Below are positions 18,761 through 27,192 of a stretch of DNA of 32,000 nt, one piece after another (positions within the stretch are counted from its first letter, which is position 1; every line of letters begins with the position of its first letter). The position numbers were made by a program, and so were the translations under genes. A model generated the notes under the pieces. It was not told the DNA's origin, ran no database searches, and worked only from the letters and a program-made list of their open reading frames with translations. The stretch comes from Trichodesmium erythraeum IMS101. Lineage in GTDB: Bacteria > Cyanobacteriota > Cyanobacteriia > Cyanobacteriales > Microcoleaceae. Where the stretch lies: contig NC_008312.1 of the NCBI RefSeq assembly GCF_000014265.1, positions 3,660,001 to 3,692,000 of the forward strand. Reading direction: 5' to 3'.

Positions 18761-19021
18761 TAGGATAGAGGTGCGGATGAAATTTCACCATCAAGGACAC
18801 AAGAGTTAGTCATAAGCAGAAGTTTCCTTTATGTGTTGGCTGAGAACCACCAGTTATATATCTAGTTTCCTAGTTTTCAGGGCTAACAAGTCCCACAAAT
18901 TCACTAAATTTGTTAAACCTAGTTACTTATTTTGAGCTTTTAATGTTGGTTTATCATACCAATTATCATGCATTATTGCTAACTTTTTGTAAAACTTCAG
19001 TTATTAAATAATTAATGTAAA

Positions 19022-19178
19022 GGAAATAATACCAATTTTATTAACTTAGGCTACACTGCTTATCATTTATATACAACAAATGTGAAATAATTTTATGAAA
19101 TGACTATAGCATAAAAGTTTTGAGCCTAGAAAATCTTAATGCATAAATGCATGACTTTCGTGAAATGGTATTATTTCC
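19022..19178. repeat. 13-bp perfect inverted repeat pair (ggaaataatacca / tggtattatttcc) about 130 bp apart, MITE/PATE-like
   Basis: The arms were read at 19022-19034 and 19166-19178. The ATACCA(A)TTT word or its complement recurs at 18956, 19029, 19164 and 19211, and as an 11-bp inverted repeat at 26074/26166. Confidence 0.45.
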
Positions 19179-19194
19179 CTAATCAAATATCAAG

Positions 19195-19222
19195 TTGAAA
19201 AGTTTTTGATAAATGGTATAAG
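19195..19222 (+). promoter_or_regulatory. sigma70-like promoter candidate (TTGAAA, 16 nt, TGgTATAAG), copy 1 of a conserved element
   Basis: The -35 TTGAAA is at 19195-19200 and the -10 TATAAG at 19217-19222, preceded by TG. It is embedded in a block of about 55 nt that is also found at 20756-20810. Confidence 0.25.
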
Positions 19223-19357
19223 TCCTGTTTAAGATACTCCTAATTTTGCCCTTACAAAATTAATACAAGATTCTTTAGCCAGGGTTTCCCTCACCACAGT
19301 TTTGAACTTTAAAGATATAGAACTTCAGCAGAGAGTTCTTGAATATTAAGCTGTAGG

Positions 19358-19600
19358 TTATCGCATTTGATGTTGTGTGGCAGAACGCAATTCATTAAGA
19401 GCTTGATCAATTTTGGACAATTCTGGATGTTGTTCCAAATTGGCCATTGCTTTAGCCTTAGGAATTTTTACTTTTTTGGCTTGTTCTAGGGTTTCATTAA
19501 TAATACGTTCCCGATATTGTTCTAGTCCTTTGATGACTTCTTCTATTTCTTTTTCTTGGGTTGTTGGTACTGAAGTATTAGCTTTTAAAGTTTCAGACAT
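19358..19600 (-). CDS. small conserved-looking hypothetical protein (80 aa, charged, helical)
   Basis: ATG-initiated ORF MSETLKANTSVPTTQEKEIEEVIKGLEQYRERIINETLEQAKK... with a TAA stop. A weak hairpin (agaact 19319-19324 / agttct 19334-19339) lies just downstream. The gene is divergent from the HEAT-repeat gene. No family recognised. Confidence 0.65.
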   Translation of the reverse strand: MSETLKANTSVPTTQEKEIEEVIKGLEQYRERIINETLEQAKKVKIPKAKAMANLEQHPELSKIDQALNELRSATQHQMR

Positions 19601-19707
19601 AATAATTTTCTCATTAATTTTGGTATTTTTCTACAATTTATCATCCTAGATTTAGGGATTAGTTGCTAGTATATGTAAAGAAAGGTAAACAAAATTCCCA
19701 AATTATT

Positions 19708-20367
19708 ATGGAAATTAAACAAATTCAGGTATACTTGAAAAGTTCTGATTCTCAAGAAAGATTGAAAGCACTGACTGAGTTAAGGAACTACGAGAGTGAA
19801 ATTGTAGTTCCCCTGCTAAAAACCAGACAACAAGACCCAGAATTTCTAGTCCGTTCATTTGTGGCAATGGGGTTAGGGAATAAACGTACTCCTGAAGGTT
19901 TTAAAATATTGCTAGAAATGATGCAAAATGACCCAGACTACAACGTGCGAGCGGAAGCAGCAAATTCTCTATCTAAGTTTGGAGCCCAAGCAATTCCTTT
20001 TTTAGTAGAAAAATTTCGCCAAGACAATAATTGGTTGATGCGTCGGAGCATTCTGGCACCTCTGATAGATATGCCATTTCCTGAAGCACTATACGAAGTG
20101 TGTATGTGCGCGATCGCTGATGAAGATACAACAGTGCAGGAAGTTGCCATTAGTGCTTTAGGTAAGTTAGCAGGGACAAAGAAGGAAACTGAGGCTTTGC
20201 AAAAACTATTAGCTTTTGTCAGTGCCGAATCTTGGAATATCCGGTTACGAGCTGCTCAAGGGTTAGGGAAATTTGACGTTCCTCAAGCAAAAGCAGCTTT
20301 GAATTATCTTAGCAAAGATGACAATTATAAAGTAGTAGCAGCTGCTTTAGAGAGCTCGCTATCATAA
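19708..20367 (+). CDS. HEAT-repeat (PBS-lyase-like) protein
   Basis: The ORF track starts at TTG 19663, and the first ATG at 19708 gives MEIKQIQVYL. Repeated units of about 31 aa have the HEAT-like pattern (DPEFLVRSFVAMGLGN, DYNVRAEAANSLSKFG, DTTVQEVAISALGKLAG, SWNIRLRAAQGLGKF). Confidence 0.85.
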   Translation: MEIKQIQVYLKSSDSQERLKALTELRNYESEIVVPLLKTRQQDPEFLVRSFVAMGLGNKRTPEGFKILLEMMQNDPDYNVRAEAANSLSKFGAQAIPFLVEKFRQDNNWLMRRSILAPLIDMPFPEALYEVCMCAIADEDTTVQEVAISALGKLAGTKKETEALQKLLAFVSAESWNIRLRAAQGLGKFDVPQAKAALNYLSKDDNYKVVAAALESSLS

Positions 20368-20393
20368 AAATTATAGCATAGTACTATGCACAA

Positions 20394-20420
20394 GTCAAAA
20401 GTTAAAAGTAATCTCTAACT
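20394..20420 (+). repeat. STRR-like heptamer-rich motif 3' of the HEAT-repeat gene (copy 2; partner at 2855-2883)
   Basis: gtcaaaagttaaaagtaatctctaact. See 2855-2883. Confidence 0.5.
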
Positions 20421-20533
20421 GAGTTGGAATATTTATAAACGTCCCCACCATATTTGGGTAATGCTGTATTTAATCAACTACTTACAGTAGTTTTTGGGTT
20501 AATGAACTAGATTAAAAAATGATAACCCACTCT

Positions 20534-20555
20534 GGGACGTTGCACACAACGTCCC
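20534..20555. terminator. perfect 9-bp hairpin between convergent genes (possible bidirectional terminator or repeat element)
   Basis: Stem gggacgttg 20534-20542, loop caca, stem caacgtccc 20547-20555. No immediate T-run on the plus strand. On the minus strand a T-run follows after about 12 nt. Confidence 0.35.
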
Positions 20556-20756
20556 TACAAGACTATGACTATTTTAGACAACAAAAAAACCCCTTAATTT
20601 TTCTTTTTTTTAGTGGCTTTGTTGCATAAAATTGTGATGAGAGAGTATAAATAGTATTAGGATAGAAATTTGTTGCATAAAGATGGCGATATAGCTGCCT
20701 AACTTGCTCCATCAATAATGTTGACTATCCCCCTACTCTTCTGCTGAAGATACAGG

Positions 20757-20784
20757 TTGAAAAGTTTGTGAAAAATAGTATAAG
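20757..20784 (+). promoter_or_regulatory. sigma70-like promoter candidate (TTGAAA, 16 nt, TATAAG), copy 2, pointing antisense into the helicase-TPR gene
   Basis: The -35 is at 20757-20762 and the -10 at 20779-20784. The conserved block 20756-20810 overlaps the last codons and stop of the minus-strand gene 20800-25065. Confidence 0.25.
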
Positions 20785-20799
20785 TTACTATAACTCCTA

Positions 20800-23700
20800 C
20801 TATTCTTTTATCTTCTCAATTCTCTTCATCATCTTATCCCGTTCTTCTAGCTTTCCTTGTTGCTGGTAAATTTCTGCTGCTTTGTGCAAGTCATCAATAC
20901 CTGCTTTAAATTCTCCTAACTGAATATATCCTTCGCTACGAAAAGAATAAACGTGAGGCAAATTAGGATTAATATTCAAAGCACTAGTTTGATCCTTGAT
21001 CGCTTGGGTATAGTTTTTTAACTTCAGATAAATTAACCCTCGGTTAACATAAGCATCAATTTTTCTCGGATATATTCGTAATACTTCATTATAGTCTAAA
21101 ATAGCTTGCTCTAAATCTCCCATCTCAGTATGAATTAAGCCTAAATTATAGTAAGCTAAACCATACTTAGGATTAATTTTTAGCGCTTGATAGCAATCAG
21201 TAGTTGCTCCAGAAAAATCTCCTAATTTCAAAAGTGCTAAAGCCCTATTATTATAGGCTGGAACATATTTGGGATGAATGCGTAAAGTTTCACCAAAGTC
21301 CCTCATGGCTCCCTGAAAGTCTCCTGTTTGAAAGCGAGAATTTCCCAGATTATTATATGCTTCAGCGTAATTAGGATTAATTTGTATAGCTGCTTCAAAG
21401 TCTTTCATTGCTCCTGGAATATCCCCTCGTCTAAACTTTGTAAAACCACGGTTGTTATGACCTTCAGCATAGTTAGGATTAATTTGTATAGCTGCTTCAA
21501 AGTTTTCCATTGCCCCTGAGATATCTCCTCTTCTCAGTCTCACAATACCCATATCGTTATAAGCTTGATGATATTTAGGGTTCAAACGTATAGCATTCTC
21601 AAAATCAGCGATCGCACTTAAAATATCTCCCATGCTGCGTTTAGTATTAGCTCGTTGGTAATAAGCTTCTGCATTGTTGGGTTGAAGTTGCACTGCAGAA
21701 TCTAAGTCTTTGAGGGCACCTTCATGATCTCCAAGATCAAAACGAACTATACTTCGTTTGATATAAGCATCTATATACTTAGGATGGAGCTGTATAACTT
21801 TGTTTAAATCATCTAGTGAACCCTGATTATCTTTGGTCAAACGACGAATTATAGCCCTGTTGTAGATAGCTTCAGGATGTTTAGGATTAAGCTTGATAGC
21901 ATCATTGAAATCAGCGATCGCTCCCTCTATATCTTTAACCTCAAACCTGACAATACCTCGCTGAGTGTAAGCATCTACAACTCTAGGATGAAGTTGTAAT
22001 ACTTTTGTAAAGTCATTCATTGCATCTTGGTTATGCCCAAGAAAACGATAAGCAATACCTCTATTATAATAAGCTTCTGGTTTGTTGGGATTAAGTTTTA
22101 TGGCTTGATTATAATCTGCTATAGCTCCTTGCTTATCTCCTGCCTTAAAACGGACTACTCCTAAGTTTTGATAAATTTGAGAATCTTGAGAATCTACTTT
22201 CAGGGCTTGGGAAAAAAGCTCTATGGCTTCATTAAATTCTCCTAGTTCTACATAAGCTGCCCCTAAATTATTATAGGTTTGTAGGTCTTTTGGTTCTAGT
22301 TCTAGTGCTTTTTTAAAATTTTCTATAGCTCCTTTTAAGTTTCCCATTTGGGCAATTGCAATAGCTCTGTTATGATATAATAAATAATTATTCTTTTCTA
22401 AGAAAATAGCTTGATTATAATCTTCAATAGCACCAGTATGATCTCTTTTTTGTAGTTTGATTAACCCTTGGTTGTGCAATACATTTACTGCTTCCTGGCG
22501 ACATTTTTCAACTTTTTCGCTCATAGCTGCTATTTGATATTGCGTCATAGCTTCTTTCCATTGTTTTTTCTTTTCAAATTCTCTAGCTCGACAAAATGCT
22601 GCTTTCTGAGGTATTTTTGCTCGGTCATATTCAATAGCAGCTTTTAACCATTGCCTCTTTTTTTCAAGTTCCATAGCACGGTATTCTGCTTTTTTTTGAG
22701 GAACTTTCATCCAGCACCGTTTAGCATTACTAAAATCTGGAATTTCTTCCCATTTTTGAGCTGCTTCTGACCATTTGAAGTTTGCTTCTAGCTGAGAAGC
22801 TTCACAAATTTTTTGCTTCTTATATTCTCCTATATTTGCCCAAGATTTTGCTGCTTCTTGCCATTTTCCTACTTTCTCAAATAACAGTGCTGCTTCTTGC
22901 CATTCTGTTAACTCAACAAAAATTTCTGCTGCTTCATAATAAGCTTGTTTTTGAATTAAAAACTTACCTTGAGCTTGTTTCTCTAAAATCACATCTCCAG
23001 ATTTATTAAAGCATTCTTTTGCTTGTTGATAAAACTCAGACTTAAGATAATATTCTCCTTGCTGACGCCATCTTTCTGGGCTAGTTTCTATACAATCACT
23101 TCTTACTAATTCAGGAATTATTGACTGAAATAAACCTCTTAATTCTGGTTCTTGCCAAAGCTGACTAGGCCTTGATTCCCAAATATTTAAAATTCGACTA
23201 GCACGAGTAATTCCTACATAAAGTAAGTTGAATTCTAGTTGTAGTTGTGGTTTTTCTTTTTCTTTTAGTATCCCACCTCGTATTACTTTACTCCAAAGTT
23301 TTGCTTGTGGCTGAAAAAAATCTACAATGAAAACTGTATCGAATTCTAGTCCTTTTATTTCTTCAATTGTAAAAACAAAACTAGAATTTAAGTCGGCTCT
23401 AATTTTTTCTTTGTCTGATTCTTTTCGGACTAATATAGCATCACCAGGATACAAAGATGTTTCTTTTAATATTCCTATTAATGTTTGATAATCTGCTGAA
23501 ATTAGCCTTGCTAATTGACCAGAAATACTGTTACTTATTGAATAATTACTTACAGATTTTGCTAAGTATCGAGAACGTAATTTTAGTAGTTGATTTGCTA
23601 AATTCACTAGGCTTCCTACACTGCGAAAGTTAAATTTCAAAGTTTGTTGATATACTTGTCTGTGGGGATAAAATTTATTTTTTAGTGTTTCCCAACGAAA

Positions 23701-25065
23701 ACCACTGGGACTAATCATTTGATAAGAGTCTCCTGCAAAAAATAAATTTCCGCTGGGAGCAACTAAATTAAATAACAACTCTAATTGTATTTCTGTCAAA
23801 TCTTGTACTTCGTCACAAACAATTAAATCATATTTTTTCCTAGGATTATTTTTTAGCAATTGCAAGACTTGTCTGACTATATCTATTTCATCATATAGTT
23901 TTTCTTTTTGAAGTTTTTTTTGATACCATTCTGCTATTTTGTATATCTCTCGGCGATTTTTGTTAGACATTGAAATGACACGATTTCTCGTTATTTTTTC
24001 ATATTCTTTCTCAGATAAAATATCTTCTGTTATGGCTAACTGTTTTCCTTTGATTATACCTCGAATTTCTTCCCATATTAAATTTGTTGGATATTGTTTT
24101 TTTCCAGGATGTGCTCTGTACATTTCTGAAAATACTTGATAGTTTACCTCATCTTGTAAATAATATATTTTTTGATGCTTTTTGAGAATTTCTAAACATA
24201 GCTTCTGTATATTTTTAAACTCAAAAATTACTTGGTTGTTTGATTTCTTTGATTCTAGTTCTAATTGACAGTTGGTAGTCACTATTTTATAAAATTGTTC
24301 TTCAGCATTATTCACAAGCAAATCATTATAAGCAATATATAAACGTCTTCCTAAGTTTTTATACTGTCTTTTTTGGATCATTCTATATAATGCTACTGTA
24401 GTTTTTCCTGTGCCTGCACTACCACTTAATAATAGATTTCCTGACAATTTAGCTAATTTATATTCTTCTGGAGTCAGCTTTAAAGGTAAATCTGTATTTT
24501 GCTCAATAATTGCTTTTTGCCATTCTGTTTCTGACTCTAATACTCGCCACTGAATATTTCCTAACAATTCATCATCTGTTAAATCTGAGTTTGTTTCTAA
24601 GTCTAAAGCTTTCATAGCTTCAATATTTGCTTTTTCTACTGATGAATATAATATATTTTTATCTATATTATTATCCTGGTTTTTGAAATTGTTCGTTTCC
24701 AGAATAACTTCAAATTCTGGTGTTTCTAACCATTCAGCATCAGGTCTGTTTTTCCTAGCTTTAGCACGTCGGGATACATCATCATGATCTACACAAATAT
24801 CTTGAATTGCTAGATAAACTTGCGCTTTTCCTGTTTCTGGCCTTTGTGATTTATCGTAGGTGAAAATTAAGCGACTAGCACTATTAATTCTAGCTTCCCA
24901 TACTCTTTTGTTTATTCCTTTCAGCTTTTTTACCCGCAACCCACTATTAAATTTTTGCTGTTTCAGTGTTTGAATACATTCCCATACTCTCTTTTGCAAA
25001 TTACTTCCTATTTCTTTTCGGAGAAACTCAACTATATCGGGGTGTAAAACTGCAGGTAGTGACAT
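20800..25065 (-). CDS. SF1 (UvrD/PcrA-like) helicase fused to a C-terminal array of 16 TPR repeats, with a possible RelE/ParE-like N-terminal domain
   Basis: 1421 aa. Helicase motifs are I LLLSGSAGTGKTTVAL, II IVCDEVQDL, III FFAGDSYQMI, IV-like NFRSVGSLV, V KGLEFDTVFIV and VI LLYVGITRASRIL. These are followed by degenerate W-x-EAA helical repeats, then 16 consecutive 34-aa TPR units (A-Y-x-N-x-G ... P). The N-terminal about 95 aa (LRVKKLKGINKRVWEARINSASRLIFTY...QVYLAIQDICVDHDDV) resembles the RelE/ParE fold pattern, which is inference. Confidence 0.9.
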   Translation of the reverse strand: MSLPAVLHPDIVEFLRKEIGSNLQKRVWECIQTLKQQKFNSGLRVKKLKGINKRVWEARINSASRLIFTYDKSQRPETGKAQVYLAIQDICVDHDDVSRRAKARKNRPDAEWLETPEFEVILETNNFKNQDNNIDKNILYSSVEKANIEAMKALDLETNSDLTDDELLGNIQWRVLESETEWQKAIIEQNTDLPLKLTPEEYKLAKLSGNLLLSGSAGTGKTTVALYRMIQKRQYKNLGRRLYIAYNDLLVNNAEEQFYKIVTTNCQLELESKKSNNQVIFEFKNIQKLCLEILKKHQKIYYLQDEVNYQVFSEMYRAHPGKKQYPTNLIWEEIRGIIKGKQLAITEDILSEKEYEKITRNRVISMSNKNRREIYKIAEWYQKKLQKEKLYDEIDIVRQVLQLLKNNPRKKYDLIVCDEVQDLTEIQLELLFNLVAPSGNLFFAGDSYQMISPSGFRWETLKNKFYPHRQVYQQTLKFNFRSVGSLVNLANQLLKLRSRYLAKSVSNYSISNSISGQLARLISADYQTLIGILKETSLYPGDAILVRKESDKEKIRADLNSSFVFTIEEIKGLEFDTVFIVDFFQPQAKLWSKVIRGGILKEKEKPQLQLEFNLLYVGITRASRILNIWESRPSQLWQEPELRGLFQSIIPELVRSDCIETSPERWRQQGEYYLKSEFYQQAKECFNKSGDVILEKQAQGKFLIQKQAYYEAAEIFVELTEWQEAALLFEKVGKWQEAAKSWANIGEYKKQKICEASQLEANFKWSEAAQKWEEIPDFSNAKRCWMKVPQKKAEYRAMELEKKRQWLKAAIEYDRAKIPQKAAFCRAREFEKKKQWKEAMTQYQIAAMSEKVEKCRQEAVNVLHNQGLIKLQKRDHTGAIEDYNQAIFLEKNNYLLYHNRAIAIAQMGNLKGAIENFKKALELEPKDLQTYNNLGAAYVELGEFNEAIELFSQALKVDSQDSQIYQNLGVVRFKAGDKQGAIADYNQAIKLNPNKPEAYYNRGIAYRFLGHNQDAMNDFTKVLQLHPRVVDAYTQRGIVRFEVKDIEGAIADFNDAIKLNPKHPEAIYNRAIIRRLTKDNQGSLDDLNKVIQLHPKYIDAYIKRSIVRFDLGDHEGALKDLDSAVQLQPNNAEAYYQRANTKRSMGDILSAIADFENAIRLNPKYHQAYNDMGIVRLRRGDISGAMENFEAAIQINPNYAEGHNNRGFTKFRRGDIPGAMKDFEAAIQINPNYAEAYNNLGNSRFQTGDFQGAMRDFGETLRIHPKYVPAYNNRALALLKLGDFSGATTDCYQALKINPKYGLAYYNLGLIHTEMGDLEQAILDYNEVLRIYPRKIDAYVNRGLIYLKLKNYTQAIKDQTSALNINPNLPHVYSFRSEGYIQLGEFKAGIDDLHKAAEIYQQQGKLEERDKMMKRIEKIKE

Positions 25066-25332
25066 ACATTGACTTTTTACTCTTGCTTTTTAATTTTATA
25101 GATAGTTTAACACAATATTATTTTTCATATAATTTATTTAACATAGATTGATTTTTTCCTCGTTACTTTTTTTTTCTACAATTATTTATAACTACTATCA
25201 GTTCAGGTTTTCAGATAACAAATATTACTTCATTAATATTGTTTTTTATGCCTATATAGATGTATTGTATAGTACAGAAATATGTCCTTTTTTTTGTTAA
25301 GCATATTACCTGAGTTAAAGTTATTAAAAAAT

Positions 25333-26040
25333 ATGACATTTATTCTAACTAATGACGATGGAATTAATGCTCCGGGTATTAAAGCACTTTGGGAAGCTAT
25401 CAATAATGCTGATTCGGCTATACCGTCTTTCGACAAAAGTATTATTGTTGCTCCTCAGGGACAATTCTCTGGTTGTGGGCATCAAGTTACTACTAACCGA
25501 CCAATTAATGTGCAACGTTTGTCTGAAGATAGGTATGCGATCGCAGGTACCCCAGCAGATTGTACTCGAATTGCAATAACACATGTTAATACAAATGTCA
25601 AATGGGTGCTTTCTGGTATTAACTCAGGTGGTAACATGGGTTATGATACTTATGTATCTGGAACAGTAGCAGCAGTAAGAGAAGCAGCATTTTATAAAAT
25701 CCCAGGAATTGCCCTTTCTCAATATCGTCAAGGGAAAAAGCCTGTGAACTGGGAAAGAGTAACTGGTTTAGCCAGAAGCGTATTAATAAATTTACTCAAG
25801 CGCCCTATTGAGCAAGGAGCTTTTTGGAATGTAAACTTCCCCTATTTAGAACCGGAAGCACCAGACCCGGAAATAGTATTTTGCAAAACATCTATCCAAC
25901 CATTGCCAATAGCTTATCAGAAGGACGGAGAAGATTTTTCTTATACAGGAAAATATGAAGAACGCGATCGCACTCCTGGCACAGATGTAGATGTTTGCCT
26001 TTCTGGTAAAATTGCCGTTACAAAAATTAAACTTTCATAG
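25333..26040 (+). CDS. surE: 5'/3'-nucleotidase SurE
   Basis: The ORF track begins at 25282. ATG 25333 gives MTFILTNDDGINAPGIKAL, the canonical SurE N-terminus. GINSGGNMG and SGTVAAVREAA are also present. Confidence 0.9.
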   Translation: MTFILTNDDGINAPGIKALWEAINNADSAIPSFDKSIIVAPQGQFSGCGHQVTTNRPINVQRLSEDRYAIAGTPADCTRIAITHVNTNVKWVLSGINSGGNMGYDTYVSGTVAAVREAAFYKIPGIALSQYRQGKKPVNWERVTGLARSVLINLLKRPIEQGAFWNVNFPYLEPEAPDPEIVFCKTSIQPLPIAYQKDGEDFSYTGKYEERDRTPGTDVDVCLSGKIAVTKIKLS

Positions 26041-26073
26041 ATATTGCTGTATAGCTTAAACTATTGAAACATT

Positions 26074-26176
26074 ATACCAATTTCATAAACTTAAAACTTC
26101 ACTTATAAAAGTGATCTATCAAGCTTGAAGTCGAAGATATCAAGCTATGTGTAGTCTAACTTTAGGAAATTGGTAT
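26074..26176. repeat. 11-bp perfect inverted repeat (ataccaatttc / gaaattggtat) between surE and the TnpB relic
   Basis: The arms were read at 26074-26084 and 26166-26176. A small hairpin tcactt ataa aagtga lies between them. This may be the right-end structure of the decayed IS, or a MITE. Confidence 0.4.
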
Positions 26177-26221
26177 TACTGCTTCATAAAACTGATATAA
26201 AACATCATAATAAGTGATATT

Positions 26222-27192
26222 TTAATCTTTACTTCCTGCTTCCACTGAAGCTGTCGGCAGTTACTCATCCACAAGCATTAACGAGTATTCCTCAATAGTA
26301 CCTCTCAAATTTATACTGGCGTTTAAATCTCAATAAAATAGATAAACCACACTCTGAGCAGTCATAAGCCCTTAGATGTAATAGCATATCTTGAAAATGA
26401 CCCCAGTTTGAATAAGTCTTTGATGATGAAAAAAAACTGTCAACTACTACTAACTCCGAGCCCTACCATTGGCACTTGTATTCTAGTTGTCTGCGAAGCT
26501 CACAAAATCTTTGCTCTGTAATTGGTTTAGCCAGCTTATGATCAGCTTTTCATGTCGCTGTGCAAAACATCCCACTAACCTTTAAGTCTTCAATGACAAC
26601 AGCGCCGTGCTTTAAAACTTGCGTATGTTGTCAATTTATCAAGTGCATCTTTACGGATGTTTGCTAATTTTCCATGCAATTTAGGTATCTTCAACCGTGC
26701 TTTTTTCCAGTTATTAAAACCTATTTCTTTATTGTGAGGCCTTGCATTCTAGACAGTTTAGTTTCAAATCTGCGATCATATTTCACACTTTCCAATACTT
26801 CACCATCACTTAATGTAGCTAAAGTTTTCACTCCTAAACATACACCAACTACATCAGTTTTTTTTGATGTAGTTCTGCCATAAAATTCATAGCTACAGCT
26901 AATATACCAGTCAACTTTTTGTCTACTAATAGTGTTTTTTTTGTTGTTGCCTGTGCCAGGGCTCATAAGTTTTGACAATACCAATAAAAGGTAATTTGTG
27001 ACTCCATCCGTTTAATTCTATTGGTTTTCCGCAATTATCAATGGTCCAAGAATCATACTTACCTTTTTTCTTAAATCTTGGATACTTACCTAACCCTTGT
27101 TTGCGAAGCATTCCGAAGGCAAAGAACCTCTTAAATGCTTCAGCTAAGTGGATGAAAACGTATTGATGAACTCTAGACGACAATTTTTTCAT
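26222..27192 (-). pseudogene. tnpB: IS200/IS605-family TnpB (OrfB) relic, multiply disrupted and 5'-truncated
   Basis: Minus-strand fragments in three frames read:
- AEAFKRFF...YPRFKKKGKYDSWTIDN
- VDWYISCSYEF...GVCLGVKTLATLSDGEV
- NWKKARLKIPKLHGKLANIRKDALDKLTTY
- AVVIEDLKVSGM (RuvC Glu motif)
- LAKPITEQRFCELRRQLEYKCQW*GSELVVVDSFFSSSKTYSNWGHF (the zinc-finger CxxC is lost)
- DCSECGLSILLRF (the last catalytic Asp motif is lost)
- ...QLQWKQEVK
Several stops and frameshifts are present, and no tnpA is present. The 5' boundary is uncertain and may extend to about 27240 or beyond. Confidence 0.85.

Noticed and set aside
19413-19649. 78-aa plus-strand ORF overlapping the 80-aa minus-strand gene
   Set aside because: It is antisense to an ORF whose charged helical product is more protein-like. 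Its own translation is Cys/Ser/Leu-rich and hydrophobic with no start context. The minus-strand gene is preferred.
19663-19707. TTG start at 19663 for the HEAT-repeat gene, and start at 25282 for surE
   Set aside because: The N-terminal extensions (MLVYVKKGKQNSQII, MSFFLLSILPELKLLKN) do not resemble the families. Downstream ATGs at 19708 and 25333 give canonical N-termini.
26674-26883. 69-aa plus-strand ORF, and the minus-strand ORFs 26721-26984 and 26926-27192 as intact genes
   Set aside because: The minus-strand ORFs are fragments of one disrupted TnpB frame. The plus-strand ORF is its antisense shadow.
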